Below are positions 53,634-63,999 of a stretch of 64,000 bases of DNA, piece after piece (position 1 is the first letter of the stretch; each line of letters opens with the position of its first letter). This stretch comes from a virus: positions 43,023-107,022 of the IMG/VR virus record IMGVR_UViG_3300025930_000008; one strand, written 5' to 3'. The translations under genes and the position numbers were made by a program. The notes below the pieces were generated by a model, which had not been told where the DNA came from, searched no databases, and saw nothing but the letters and a program-made list of their open reading frames with translations.

Positions 53634-53975
53634 TTATCGCCTGATACGGCGACCCGAACCAGACTCAAGCGCGGCTAGTTGAGCCATCATATCCTGCACG
53701 TCCGTTTCTGTGGATGGAACCTGCCAGTCCACATCTTCGTCCTGCACGATTGGCTCGCCTTCCTCGTCGTATAGTTCCCTATACGTTTCAGGACGGTGAA
53801 CGAGTAGGCTGTCTTTGAAGGCGTCTACTCGTTCTCGTCCGCGAGCAATTTCATTTGCTCCGGTGAGATAGTACCATAGGATTCGGTGGAGTCTGTTTGG
53901 CTCTCGGAATCCTCTGGCTTCTTGTAGGAATCTGCAAGTTTCCAAGAGTTCTTGCGATTCCCTGGCGATAAATTT
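53634..53975 (-). CDS. tail assembly chaperone, -1 frameshift extension (T-like)
   Basis: Open -1 frame from slippery A AAT TTA at 53975-53969. Confidence 0.75.
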   Translation of the reverse strand, partial: KFIARESQELLETCRFLQEARGFREPNRLHRILWYYLTGANEIARGRERVDAFKDSLLVHRPETYRELYDEEGEPIVQDEDVDWQVPSTETDVQDMMAQLAALESGSGRRIRR

Positions 53976-54376
53976 TCTACCGCCTCTATCGCGTCAGCTT
54001 GTCGTCTGACCAAATCCACGTATTTGCCGAACAGATGTTCGGTCAAAGGCCAGTACCAGTTTTCTGTAACGTAATTGAACTTGGCTCGTAGATGCTGTTT
54101 GGCATCTGGGCCGATAGGTGGACAAAAGCTGTCATCGCCGTCTACAGATGTGAGGGCAGCCGCTACATGAGCGGCGGCTGTTGCCTTAGTCTGCCCGAAT
54201 GTCTCAAGATATTCCTTGGCAATGACGGCAGCCTCAAGTTCCTCAGCGATCTTGAGGGTGCGTAGCAGGAAGGTATGACCTCCGAATTTGACTTCATCCT
54301 CAAGGTGGCCTAGCCACATGAGGCCGTCAACTGCTACTGCCGTTTCTGGCGAGAATTCGTCGTATAACTCTGTCAA
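53825..54376 (-). CDS. tail assembly chaperone (G-like)
   Basis: Between tube and TMP; ENL followed by a Ser-rich tail. Confidence 0.8.
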   Translation of the reverse strand: MTELYDEFSPETAVAVDGLMWLGHLEDEVKFGGHTFLLRTLKIAEELEAAVIAKEYLETFGQTKATAAAHVAAALTSVDGDDSFCPPIGPDAKQHLRAKFNYVTENWYWPLTEHLFGKYVDLVRRQADAIEAVENLSPGNRKNSWKLADSYKKPEDSESQTDSTESYGTISPEQMKLLADENE

Positions 54377-54384
54377 AACTTACT

Positions 54385-54993
54385 TTACGGATTACTTAAC
54401 GGACTTACATCATCTGCCTGCGTAGTAGCGCGGTTATTACGCATGTTGACCGCGCGGTTCGCGTTCGCACCGTCACGGGTCATGTGGGTATAGGCCACCG
54501 TAATACGCTTGGTAACTTCCATTGTACCAATCTCGATGGTTTCCCCGTCCTCTACGTTGGTAATAACGCAGCGGTGGAAACGCTCGGCATATGAACTCAT
54601 TGCCTGACCACGTAGAGTAGTCGGCGGGGTGATTAGCTTGACGACTTGAATGTCCTCGCCAATCTCAGCGATCTTGATGAAAATGTTCACAAGGTCAATC
54701 TCACCGGCGATATCTGCTAGAGCGTCCCAAACCTTGTGGTTATAAAGTTCGTAGAGTTCTAGAGTTAGTGTGCCGATGTTCTGAGCGCCAGGAGTGATAA
54801 CTTCAATTGGGTACGGCTCATCCAACGGATGAATTGGGGTTGGGCCAGGCCCGACTGGTGTCGGGGAAACATGACCAATTTGGCGGCAGAATCCAATCGG
54901 CTGTGAACGCCAGAAGAAGGCGGTAAAGCCAGAGCCACCTACCCTAGTACGGGCGTTTGTAATACTGTGTGAATATCCTGATATGGCTGCCAT
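54385..54993 (-). CDS. tail tube protein
   Basis: Directly after the sheath; GTLTLE.YE..N; C.IT...DGE....TM. Confidence 0.8.
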   Translation of the reverse strand: MAAISGYSHSITNARTRVGGSGFTAFFWRSQPIGFCRQIGHVSPTPVGPGPTPIHPLDEPYPIEVITPGAQNIGTLTLELYELYNHKVWDALADIAGEIDLVNIFIKIAEIGEDIQVVKLITPPTTLRGQAMSSYAERFHRCVITNVEDGETIEIGTMEVTKRITVAYTHMTRDGANANRAVNMRNNRATTQADDVSPLSNP

Positions 54994-55005
54994 AGCTGAT
55001 TCTTA

Positions 55006-56568
55006 CTAGACGGTGTTCAAGTCAATTGTTGTAGCGCCAGTAAGGTCAACGCTGAATACAATGTGAACGAAGTTCAACGGGAAGGCCGGGAGGTAGGAGA
55101 ACCTGACTTCCACCGTCGTAGGGTCGCCAACGAGGGTACGTGCTTGTACGCCTTGATAATCAACCAGTTCTGCTGTGCCGCGTAATGCCTCAAGAACGCC
55201 GATGACTGCATTCTTGACCAAGAACGGTGCATTGCCATCAGCCGGGACCGATCCGATAATTTGCGTGTCAATTGTCTGCCTTAGAGACTCGATCATACGG
55301 TGCTTAGAGCGTACAACCGATAGCTCTCGCTGCGCCGTGGTGTTATTGCTGAGAGTAATAGCGTGACGGACTTGAATCGCAGTACCCTTTTGCTCAATCA
55401 CCATAAGACCGGCGTTACCATCAGCATCCTTACCACCCTTGTCCCTGGCGTCGGCAACTGTTGCGAAACCAGCGACTTGCTTACGGGTAAGCGTTGCTGA
55501 GGTAGGCCGTGATGCAAGCATTCCAGCGATAGCTGCGGCCATGAACTGACCACCGACTGTAATAATTGTATTTGTGACAGTTGGGAGTGCGCGGGTGAAC
55601 CTTGACGGAGATACGATAACCGTAGACTCGGCTTGCGCTCCACCGTAACGATCCCTCATGACCTGACTCTGAGTCCTTAGCTCGTTGGCTGTACCAACGG
55701 CTGGGTCCTCGGCAGAGTCGTGACCACCGATCATCACCATGTACTGACCTTGGGTCTGCATGTAGTGAACATGGTCCTGCGCTGCGTTGAGAATGTTGTT
55801 TACAATCGTGGTGCTTGAGCCGCTGTCCGACTGCCCAAAGACCGGAACTAAAACATTTACGTCCTCAACATCCCGCAAACCTGCGAAGGTCGCCTGCCAC
55901 TGAGCGGCGTTGGCTGCCTCAGCCGTCGTAGGCTGTACACGCGGAGACAGAGGGTTAGCCGGATCAGTTAGCTTGAAGAGTGGTTGGATAACCACGCTCG
56001 CAGCACCATTCTGGAAGGCAATTGACGCCGCTGCCGACAGAGGCGTAACCACTCCTGTAGCGTCGTAGGCTGGACCAAACCGTCTTTCCACCAAAGCCTG
56101 AGAGTCAAGCCTGGTCGCACTGTAGTACATGTCTGGGAGGAAGCGGTAAGTAATTTGCACCGCTCCACCGTTTGTAGCCAGTGGGCCACCCGTGATAGGT
56201 GTAATTGTCGCTGTAGCCCCGTTTGCTGCGATAGTGGCTGAAAAGTCTGGGCCTGCGCCTGCGACATACGATCCTGTGCCTTGCTTGTAACCGCCCTGGC
56301 TCGTCTGAGAACCGGCGGTTGGGTCTGTTAGGTTTTTGACTGATTCGAAGGATTGCGTACCTGAGACAGCAACAAAAGCGCCGCCCGGTGGAGCAGTAAT
56401 AGTCTGTGGTGCGACACCAGTGGGAAAAACAACCTGGGTTGTTCCCACTTGGTAGCCCTGGGCAACGCCTACTAGGCAAACTAATGCAGAAGTAGCGAGT
56501 AGCGGGCTAACTGAGGGAGAGGTAAGTTCCTCTACATTTACGCCTGGTGGGATATAAGCTAGGGCCAT
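55006..56568 (-). CDS. tail sheath protein
   Basis: Y.PPGV.VEE N-terminus; AAA.AG, ELSVVR, Y.P.FPLN C-terminus. Confidence 0.9.
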   Translation of the reverse strand: MALAYIPPGVNVEELTSPSVSPLLATSALVCLVGVAQGYQVGTTQVVFPTGVAPQTITAPPGGAFVAVSGTQSFESVKNLTDPTAGSQTSQGGYKQGTGSYVAGAGPDFSATIAANGATATITPITGGPLATNGGAVQITYRFLPDMYYSATRLDSQALVERRFGPAYDATGVVTPLSAAASIAFQNGAASVVIQPLFKLTDPANPLSPRVQPTTAEAANAAQWQATFAGLRDVEDVNVLVPVFGQSDSGSSTTIVNNILNAAQDHVHYMQTQGQYMVMIGGHDSAEDPAVGTANELRTQSQVMRDRYGGAQAESTVIVSPSRFTRALPTVTNTIITVGGQFMAAAIAGMLASRPTSATLTRKQVAGFATVADARDKGGKDADGNAGLMVIEQKGTAIQVRHAITLSNNTTAQRELSVVRSKHRMIESLRQTIDTQIIGSVPADGNAPFLVKNAVIGVLEALRGTAELVDYQGVQARTLVGDPTTVEVRFSYLPAFPLNFVHIVFSVDLTGATTIDLNTV

Positions 56569-56611
56569 GATTACTCGTTCATTACCTACTTGCGATCAAG
56601 ACTTTTGTAGC

Positions 56612-57409
56612 CTAGACCCATTGGCCTAGGTCATCGTCGGAAGCAGTCCATGATCCAGTAGGTATAGTTATACCCTCGACCGATCCATCTGGCTTTGGAG
56701 TATTTGGTATCCACTGCTCGTACGGGTAGATGTTGACCTGTTGGATAAGACCCGCAGATGGAACATCGACAGGTGGGAGACTATAAAACTCTCCAAAGAT
56801 GCCTAAACGGTACGAAGTCTGGTAAACTAGCTGATCTTCTGACAACCAGGGTTGCGGGGTCTGTGTTTCGCCGAACCCCTGAATCTTATCTGTATTGAGG
56901 TTGACGTAGTTCCAATTACCCTTATTGTTTACCTCATTAACGCCTTCCGGCCAATAGATACGGTCCCAAAATTCCTTTGTGTACGCTGCCATATCCGGCA
57001 TAGCTAGGGTCTGAATGAGTGAGTCGGAGATAAGGTCGCGGTCCAGAGAGGATAGTGCAAAGATAGCGAACTCAATGTCTCCATCGTAGAGATAATGACG
57101 GAATTTAGTTGCTATCGAATCCAACTCATCTACGAGGATATATTCTACGTGTCCTACGCCCGCATTCTTGACCTCACGCTCAAAAAATCGCACTACGATA
57201 GACGGGTAATGAAGCTCTGACGTAGGATATTCAATACTGACCTTCGTCCCGGCCTTGATCGGCTTCCCATCGCGGACAGCATCATGGGTCCGAATGCGGG
57301 AATCCGGGTGGCTATCAAATACATTTCTCAAGGACTCCACAAGAGAAGTCTTGATCCAAGTTTTATACGGTACGGTCTGTTCAGGTAGTAGTGGCACGTA
57401 AATCCTCAA
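56612..57409 (-). CDS. tail terminator / neck protein
   Basis: EYP....YPSI.V; upstream of the sheath. Confidence 0.6.
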   Translation of the reverse strand: MRIYVPLLPEQTVPYKTWIKTSLVESLRNVFDSHPDSRIRTHDAVRDGKPIKAGTKVSIEYPTSELHYPSIVVRFFEREVKNAGVGHVEYILVDELDSIATKFRHYLYDGDIEFAIFALSSLDRDLISDSLIQTLAMPDMAAYTKEFWDRIYWPEGVNEVNNKGNWNYVNLNTDKIQGFGETQTPQPWLSEDQLVYQTSYRLGIFGEFYSLPPVDVPSAGLIQQVNIYPYEQWIPNTPKPDGSVEGITIPTGSWTASDDDLGQWV

Positions 57410-57701
57410 GCATTAGGAACCCGACTGCCTGCCATTCCTTGTGTAAGGCTTTCTGTACAGCATCTTGGACGACCGTTTCCATGATCCGGTGAATCTCATC
57501 AGAACTCTTTATCTCACCCGCTCTAAGCTGGGCGTTCCTGATCGCATTCTCTACGGTATGAGGGTCGTACCAGACTTCAATACGGTCATACCGGGGTGGA
57601 GGGCCAAACTTGTCCCTGAGGTACCAGGGGAGTCGGTCATCCTTATTGGCTATGGGCAGGGCCGCATGGATGATGCGGCTGTAGGCTTCGGCTTGGTTCA
57701 T
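57381..57701 (-). CDS. hypothetical protein
   Basis: TAATG-coupled ORF in the neck module. Confidence 0.6.
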   Translation of the reverse strand: MNQAEAYSRIIHAALPIANKDDRLPWYLRDKFGPPPRYDRIEVWYDPHTVENAIRNAQLRAGEIKSSDEIHRIMETVVQDAVQKALHKEWQAVGFLMLEDLRATTT

Positions 57702-58417
57702 TACCGGTCAACTTCCACGTCGTAAATCACGTCGGTTCCAGGCACTAGAGCCATTTCAAACGTTTGATTTACAACGTGAACGTTCCCGAATGACTCGCCG
57801 TATTCTTTACGCCCTCGCCTATCGTTTCCTCGGACAGTGACAGGAGACACATTTTTGGCTTCAAACCGCTCATGTGTGTCTGCAACAGTGCCACCGCTGT
57901 TAAGCGTGACCTGTATCACTAGATCGTTGTCGTTTATATCAGGGTACCAGGGAGCGATGACTGTCGCTGTCTGTACCTTGAAGATTGGACCACCAGTCGT
58001 GGCCTTAAAAAAGTCCTCTGCCCGGTCTGGTTCGATTATGTACGTCAGATTGCCTGGCCCGTAACCACGAAAGCGCGGTGCCCTGGTCCAACCAGTGCCA
58101 GGTGATACCCCCGATTTTACTATCGTACCAGACGAGTCGTACCACTCGTCCTGGGCTAATTCTTTTGACACAAACCCTACGCCGTGGGATAGCGGGTCCT
58201 CGTTTCGTGTTTGATCGTAGATGGAGTCAAAGACAGGAGAAACTTCAGCGAGTCCATCTTTTACATCGCGGTCGTTATAACGATGCTTCACGATCACAGG
58301 CGTTCCCATGCGTTGCATCATTTCAGCTACAGAACGACGCCGACGCGCTACATCGGGAGGGACATTCCCTACACCAACGGTCTTTGAAGTCCTACGCGGT
58401 CCTAAGTAGATCGGCAT
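57701..58417 (-). CDS. head-tail adaptor / stopper-like protein
   Basis: Position; G.G...GY.P, APW.P.INDNDL. Confidence 0.6.
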   Translation of the reverse strand: MPIYLGPRRTSKTVGVGNVPPDVARRRRSVAEMMQRMGTPVIVKHRYNDRDVKDGLAEVSPVFDSIYDQTRNEDPLSHGVGFVSKELAQDEWYDSSGTIVKSGVSPGTGWTRAPRFRGYGPGNLTYIIEPDRAEDFFKATTGGPIFKVQTATVIAPWYPDINDNDLVIQVTLNSGGTVADTHERFEAKNVSPVTVRGNDRRGRKEYGESFGNVHVVNQTFEMALVPGTDVIYDVEVDR

Positions 58418-58445
58418 ACAATAAGCGAAGTGATGAGTTGAGATA

Positions 58446-59342
58446 CTAGTAGTATCCACGTCCAATGTTGCGCGAGCGCAATGGCGCTGGCATCAACCTT
58501 CCCGCCTTACTTGACACAAGATTCTTAGATTCGTGCAGACCCATAAACTGACGCTTCCAATTCTTTACTAGGTGCTGGAAGAATTCGTTTTCGATCTGAT
58601 AGATGGTTCCCCATCGCTGTAGGTAATCCCTGCGGTCCTCATATGTGACCTGTCCACCCGCAGGAGTCGGCTGCTCTGTGTATGTACGCATCAGGTGTCG
58701 TACAACCGCAAGAAATGTTCCCTGAACAATAACCGTGAGATTAGGATTTGGCTTCTGCTTCCCCGTCGTAAGATCAGCGACGACAGGGCGAGCAAATGTA
58801 TCCAAACTAAACTCAGTTGGAGGCATGTAGACATTGATATCAAAGAGAGCCTCCGGAATAAAGTCTGCAATGCGTGAGTCGGAAAAGACATTCATGGTCA
58901 TATCCATCATCCAGGGACCGCCGTCCGCAGAGTCGAATAGATCGTTCAGCTTTTTCCATACGCGCTCAGAGATAATACTTTCGTAGTGAGCCTCGGCGTC
59001 GTAGTCAGGAGCGCTTGGATCATACTCAGCAGTAAATGGATCATGGACTTCGAAGTCTGTCCTCGTTGACCTGATCTGGCCGTCTATAAATGTGAACTTA
59101 GCGACGACCGTATACTCGCCGCGCTGGTCTGTCTCCAAGAATAAGAGGTAGCCTGAACCATCCTCTTGAATTTGGCCTGGCTCAGTAACCTTTGTACCAT
59201 CTGGCTTCTGAATGGTGAAATCCACCATCACCAGATCGTCAGGATCAACCGGCGCATCGTCACGATCATAGAGATAAGCGTAGAGGTCCGCCGTGTCTCC
59301 TACGCTGACTACGTTCTGTTCTCTGTCATATCCTAGAGCCAT
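58446..59342 (-). CDS. head-tail connector with N-terminal Ig/BppU-like domain
   Basis: GDT..L, I.KPDG, G.Y.V; DRRDY..RW. Confidence 0.6.
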   Translation of the reverse strand: MALGYDREQNVVSVGDTADLYAYLYDRDDAPVDPDDLVMVDFTIQKPDGTKVTEPGQIQEDGSGYLLFLETDQRGEYTVVAKFTFIDGQIRSTRTDFEVHDPFTAEYDPSAPDYDAEAHYESIISERVWKKLNDLFDSADGGPWMMDMTMNVFSDSRIADFIPEALFDINVYMPPTEFSLDTFARPVVADLTTGKQKPNPNLTVIVQGTFLAVVRHLMRTYTEQPTPAGGQVTYEDRRDYLQRWGTIYQIENEFFQHLVKNWKRQFMGLHESKNLVSSKAGRLMPAPLRSRNIGRGYY

Positions 59343-59345
59343 CTA

Positions 59346-62300
59346 TTACTTATCCTCTTGGTCCACGACGAGATATAGCTGGTCATTTTCAAGCTCTAGC
59401 TCTTCTTGGAAATCTTCATCCTCGTAGCCCCTGCGAACCTCATGCGGAACACTGATTACCTGCTCATCATCAAAGGCTGCGATAAGTTCGTCGTTATTCG
59501 TAATAACTTGTTTATATAAATCTACAGGGGAAAAATAAATTTCGGTGCTACTATAAACCAGATTCGCCTGTGTTTGAGTCAAGTTCAGGACCGTAGACTC
59601 GCCATACAAATTTGGTCCAAGGAATTCTGTAATCTGCGTAGTGTGAATAAGTCCCTCGTAATTCACTGAAAGTACCTGCGAAGTGTCGATTCGCTGGAAT
59701 AGCGACCCACTCTTGTCTATTACTTCTACAATAATCGGAGTTCTCCGCAGGAACAGCGTGCCTTTCGATGCCAAAGGCGGCATAAGGGCGACTGCGACTA
59801 TGTAATCGGACTCTCCGGTAAGGGACAGGATTCCATAGTATTCAGATGCACCAATGGCAATGGCTTCTGAATCTCCAACCAACGCGGCAGAGCCGTGGGT
59901 TATGCGAGTTGACGCCGTGGAGAAAACTGTGGCAGCGTCAAACCCGGCTTGGGCTGTCACTAGGCGTACTGGCGTACCCGATGCATTGCCCATGCCGCTC
60001 ATAGTCAATTGACCAAACTTCAAACCAGTGCCCTGCGCCGTGATACTTGTCTGTCCAGACATTGACACACTGGTAGATTGAATACGTGTGCCATTGACTG
60101 TCAAAGTGGTAGCACCACTGAGGGTCGCGCTGCCCGTGGCTGTCCTTAGTCCAGCGGCTACAAGAGTGGACGCACCAGAAACAGACGTAGATGCGAGCCT
60201 TTGAACAAATGGAACGGCTGTCAAACTACTCTGTGCTGTCAGGTCGGCAGAACCAAATGCTTGACCCGTGAAGGTGATAAGCATGGTACTGGCACCGGTC
60301 AACGCTACTGTGCTTGCAAATGTGGCCTGACCGGTGGCGCTGAAAGTAGAAGCTGCGGTCAATGCGCTTCCACTTTGTTGCACCCGAGTACCGGCGACTG
60401 TCAAAGTAGACTGATTGACCCCCTCGAACAATTGGAAATTGTCCATGTGCAGACCGGTGTTTGTAGCTACGCCACCGCCACCACGCACACCTGGGAAACC
60501 ATTGGCTGTGACAGTTGTTGTGAATGGGCCAATGGCAAGCGCTCCGTCTAGAAGCGCTGATACCTGATTACCGACTGCACGCAATGTTACTCGTACAGTT
60601 TGTCCAACGCTAAGACTTGCTGTGGTGCTGCCAAGCAATGTATTCGTACCATTGACAAACTGGTATAGCTCCCAGAGGTTGTTCGCCCCGTTGTAACGAA
60701 CGTGCAGCATTGTGTTCAACGTAGAACTGGCACGCGATATCGGGCCGCTAGAGCCAAGCAATGTCTTGACGTTCATGTCCAATGACACGTCATGGTCAGC
60801 GCTATTAGGTAGTTTGTTGAGATAATGGACGGCAATACCTGCCGCCGTACGCACTTCGCCCAGGGCGGTGATAGAATGCGATCCACTTGTGAACAGCGTA
60901 TGTTCTATCCATCCGAACCCGCTGTCACTGACGTGATTCTCTAGCAGTACACCACTAGTGTCAGTGAACGAATCCGAGGCGATGATTTGTCCATTGCCTC
61001 CAAGCGTCAATACGCCGCTCAATACTCCCTGGCCCGCCGCTCCAAGCGTAGTAGCACCGGAGAGTGAGAGGGCACCATTGAGGAATTTAGTTCCTGCGAC
61101 AGTGAGAGTTGTTGCCCCTGAAAATGTGGCGCTAGTTTGCTGTACGCGAGTACCAACTGCGGTTAGAGAACTGTCGCCAGCTAATGTCGCGCTACTATTC
61201 TGTTGCCTAGTGCCTTGTACGATGACAGTGCTATCACCAGCAAGCGTGGCGGCTCCACGCAGTTCTTTGGTAGCGGCAACAGTGACAGAAGTTTGACCCG
61301 ATGGTGCAGCCGTAGCATTGGCTGTATAGAAGCCAGTAGCAGCGAGAGTTGTAGCACCAGAGAGAGATGCAGTGCCAACGATGTATTTATTGCCAACGGC
61401 GGTAAGGGTGGAGTCGCCAGCTAGAGTAGCTGAGGCATTTTGTACACGGGTACCGGCGACAGTAAGAGTGGTCGCTCCAGACAGAGAGGCTGAGCCTACA
61501 TAATTACCTTGGGCCGCTGCTGTGAGGGTGGTTTGACCACTAGGCGCAGTAGACCCCTGCTGAATTCTTGTACCGGCTACTGTGAGAGTAGTTTGTCCAC
61601 TGAGCGAGGCGCTACCCGATTGAGTGAGTTGTCCAGTGGCGGTGAGTGTCGTAGCACCGCTTGGAGCAGAGACACCGTGCCATTCAACGGCAACAGGTAC
61701 GTTAACTTGGTCAACAAGTAGCGCAATACCAAGGCCACCAACTATTTCAATCGAAGTTGAAGTGATGCCCGCTATATTGGCTGTACTAGTCTGATTAGTC
61801 CAGTTTGTAGCATCAGGACTAGTGTCATAGAAGGTCGTACCCCCTGATTCTCGGAGGCGCATGTAAAGCATGTTGGTAGCATTATATGTTGCGCTTCCAA
61901 TTGATGCACCATTCTTATAGAAGATAATACCAGTGCCAGTATCTCCACCAAATGACATGGTATTGGCACCGGCACGAATACCTACAGTTGGGGCTTCACC
62001 AAGGGTAAACGCCCCATTCCAGCCACTAGTAATCTTGAAAATTACATAGCTATTCGTGAAGTCATATGTATTCCGTGAACTAGTTCCGCCGCTACCAAAG
62101 GCTTGCAGAGCGTTGCCCTGAATAGAATCAAGGCTAGTCCAAATAGCAGTATTGGGCGCGCTGCCATTTGTTCCGGTGAATGGGTCATATACGGTTTCAA
62201 TCTTGCTTTCAGAAACCGGAGCCGCACCACTGACAGTCTCAGCCTTATAAGCTACAATGGCATTAGACCACAGCGCTGAGCTAGATAGTGTGCCGGTGTC

Positions 62301-62927
62301 CTGATAGCTACCGGCAGCAACGTTTAGCTGTTCATCAACGGCAAGGCCCTTAGAACCATTGTTTACGTCGTCAATCTCTGTCCAGGCTCCACCAGGCGTG
62401 TGAGCTACTGTTGTGAGGTTATAACCGGTGCCACCGAGAACAAGGTCCGAATAGCTTGTAGTGATGGTGCCTGACGCCGGGGTGGTGCTTGTACCCTTAC
62501 CCGTGTTACTTGAGGCATCAGCCCAACCGCTTGCTGCCAAACCATTGTAGTGATATGCGGTCATCAAGCGGTGCGTAACAGCACTGCTTGTGGTCATCGT
62601 TATGGTCTGACCGGCTGTTAACTGCGTCGTGACCTTGGCTGAGGCGAACGCAGAATAAGCACCCGTGGCGTTACCATCGTCAGCGATAACGTCGGTCGTA
62701 TAAGTATTGCCCGCCTGGTCCGCGCAGGTGACCGTAACTCCCAGGGCACCTGAGTAACCCATACCAACGATGATATGGTCGCCCACCGGTACGTTAGAAG
62801 GCAGCGTGATGGTCAGTGTGGTACCACTGACCGCAGAGGTGGTTGGCGTAGCCTTTTGTACGCGGGTGATGGTAGCAGGATGAGTGCCACCAGTAGCCGC
62901 AGAGCGTAGTAGGAGTAGCAAAGACAT
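59346..62927 (-). CDS. large virion surface protein with ~20-aa T/S/G/A repeats and lectin-like domains
   Basis: More than 20 (A.LSG.TTLTV.GT)-type repeats in two blocks separated by globular beta domains. Confidence 0.75.
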   Translation of the reverse strand: MSLLLLLRSAATGGTHPATITRVQKATPTTSAVSGTTLTITLPSNVPVGDHIIVGMGYSGALGVTVTCADQAGNTYTTDVIADDGNATGAYSAFASAKVTTQLTAGQTITMTTSSAVTHRLMTAYHYNGLAASGWADASSNTGKGTSTTPASGTITTSYSDLVLGGTGYNLTTVAHTPGGAWTEIDDVNNGSKGLAVDEQLNVAAGSYQDTGTLSSSALWSNAIVAYKAETVSGAAPVSESKIETVYDPFTGTNGSAPNTAIWTSLDSIQGNALQAFGSGGTSSRNTYDFTNSYVIFKITSGWNGAFTLGEAPTVGIRAGANTMSFGGDTGTGIIFYKNGASIGSATYNATNMLYMRLRESGGTTFYDTSPDATNWTNQTSTANIAGITSTSIEIVGGLGIALLVDQVNVPVAVEWHGVSAPSGATTLTATGQLTQSGSASLSGQTTLTVAGTRIQQGSTAPSGQTTLTAAAQGNYVGSASLSGATTLTVAGTRVQNASATLAGDSTLTAVGNKYIVGTASLSGATTLAATGFYTANATAAPSGQTSVTVAATKELRGAATLAGDSTVIVQGTRQQNSSATLAGDSSLTAVGTRVQQTSATFSGATTLTVAGTKFLNGALSLSGATTLGAAGQGVLSGVLTLGGNGQIIASDSFTDTSGVLLENHVSDSGFGWIEHTLFTSGSHSITALGEVRTAAGIAVHYLNKLPNSADHDVSLDMNVKTLLGSSGPISRASSTLNTMLHVRYNGANNLWELYQFVNGTNTLLGSTTASLSVGQTVRVTLRAVGNQVSALLDGALAIGPFTTTVTANGFPGVRGGGGVATNTGLHMDNFQLFEGVNQSTLTVAGTRVQQSGSALTAASTFSATGQATFASTVALTGASTMLITFTGQAFGSADLTAQSSLTAVPFVQRLASTSVSGASTLVAAGLRTATGSATLSGATTLTVNGTRIQSTSVSMSGQTSITAQGTGLKFGQLTMSGMGNASGTPVRLVTAQAGFDAATVFSTASTRITHGSAALVGDSEAIAIGASEYYGILSLTGESDYIVAVALMPPLASKGTLFLRRTPIIVEVIDKSGSLFQRIDTSQVLSVNYEGLIHTTQITEFLGPNLYGESTVLNLTQTQANLVYSSTEIYFSPVDLYKQVITNNDELIAAFDDEQVISVPHEVRRGYEDEDFQEELELENDQLYLVVDQEDK

Positions 62928-62950
62928 ATGCTACTCTTTATATACCTGAG

Positions 62951-63502
62951 TTAGCGTGGAACGCCGTATACGCTAATGTAGGAACCGGTCAGGAGGCTCA
63001 CTGAACCCCCACCGTCCATCGCTACGCACTGAGCCTCAGCGTTATTCCACCAGTTGCCACAAACTACGTCTAGTGATCCGTGCGCAGAGGCAGCGGTAGT
63101 CGGGTTCTGAGCCGTGTAGGTCGCCGTACGAGAATCAATGAATTTAGGATCGGTAGTGGGGTTCCAAATCATATGCTGACCACGACGACCAAAGGTCGTA
63201 GCCACGTTGGCTACAGCAAAACCATTAGTCGAAGCCGTGCTTGTGGTTGTACCAACCGTCGCACCACCGGCAATAAACCGGGCAGTAATCGAACCGTAGT
63301 TAGCACCGGTGTCCACAGTAGAAGCTGTGCCTAGCTGAATGCGCGCGATACCACCGCCGGACGTATATCCGGCGATATAGTGGTAAACAAAAAGCCATTC
63401 ATATCCCGGACCAAAGACAATGGTAGGCGTAGTCGTATTGCTTGAGGCAAGCGGAGTAGTCTTTCCCAGGAACTTGGCCCCTGAGGGGAAAAACATAGGC
63501 AT
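62951..63502 (-). CDS. virion structural protein (beta-rich)
   Basis: Y..L, DTG.NY, GS.I.VYG motifs. Confidence 0.65.
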   Translation of the reverse strand: MPMFFPSGAKFLGKTTPLASSNTTTPTIVFGPGYEWLFVYHYIAGYTSGGGIARIQLGTASTVDTGANYGSITARFIAGGATVGTTTSTASTNGFAVANVATTFGRRGQHMIWNPTTDPKFIDSRTATYTAQNPTTAASAHGSLDVVCGNWWNNAEAQCVAMDGGGSVSLLTGSYISVYGVPR

Positions 63503-63999
63503 TATGCAGTTAGCTCCGTGACGTTAGCTCCGCTACCACCGGTGGCTGACCAAATACCATCTACGATGCCCGTATAGATTGGGTCGTCTGGTAACTCCCA
63601 AAATCCATTGGGCGGAATCATGGCGGTAAAACTTGTTGTTGTGGTGGCTGTAGCCCCTAGCTTCACAAAGAGGTTATTGGTCCCAGCGTTGAAAACGTAA
63701 AGAGCCTTACGATTGGCATTAGCTGCCTTGAGCGTGACGTTAGAAGCGCTGGCCGCAACGTTGGTTACCGCAGAGGTAGTGGCTGCCTGACCGGTTACCG
63801 TGGCTGCTACATTTGGCTCAAAAGGATAGGTACCAGCTACAATAACAACGTTAGCCGTACCAGAGGTCCAAGCCGTAGCCCTTACTCGGAAATAACTTAG
63901 CCCCGGAGCGCCAGTAGTCCAGGCGCGTAGGGTATTAGCAGTTAGAACACCAGAGGTAGTCTCAGCTATTACAGAATCTTCGCGGACGACACTAACCGG
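63502..63999 (-). CDS. virion structural protein, 5' end outside the window
   Basis: Open frame ...FRVRATAWTSG...LKAANANRK...YTGIVDGIW...VTELTA*; TAATG-coupled. Confidence 0.7.
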   Translation of the reverse strand, partial: PVSVVREDSVIAETTSGVLTANTLRAWTTGAPGLSYFRVRATAWTSGTANVVIVAGTYPFEPNVAATVTGQAATTSAVTNVAASASNVTLKAANANRKALYVFNAGTNNLFVKLGATATTTTSFTAMIPPNGFWELPDDPIYTGIVDGIWSATGGSGANVTELTA

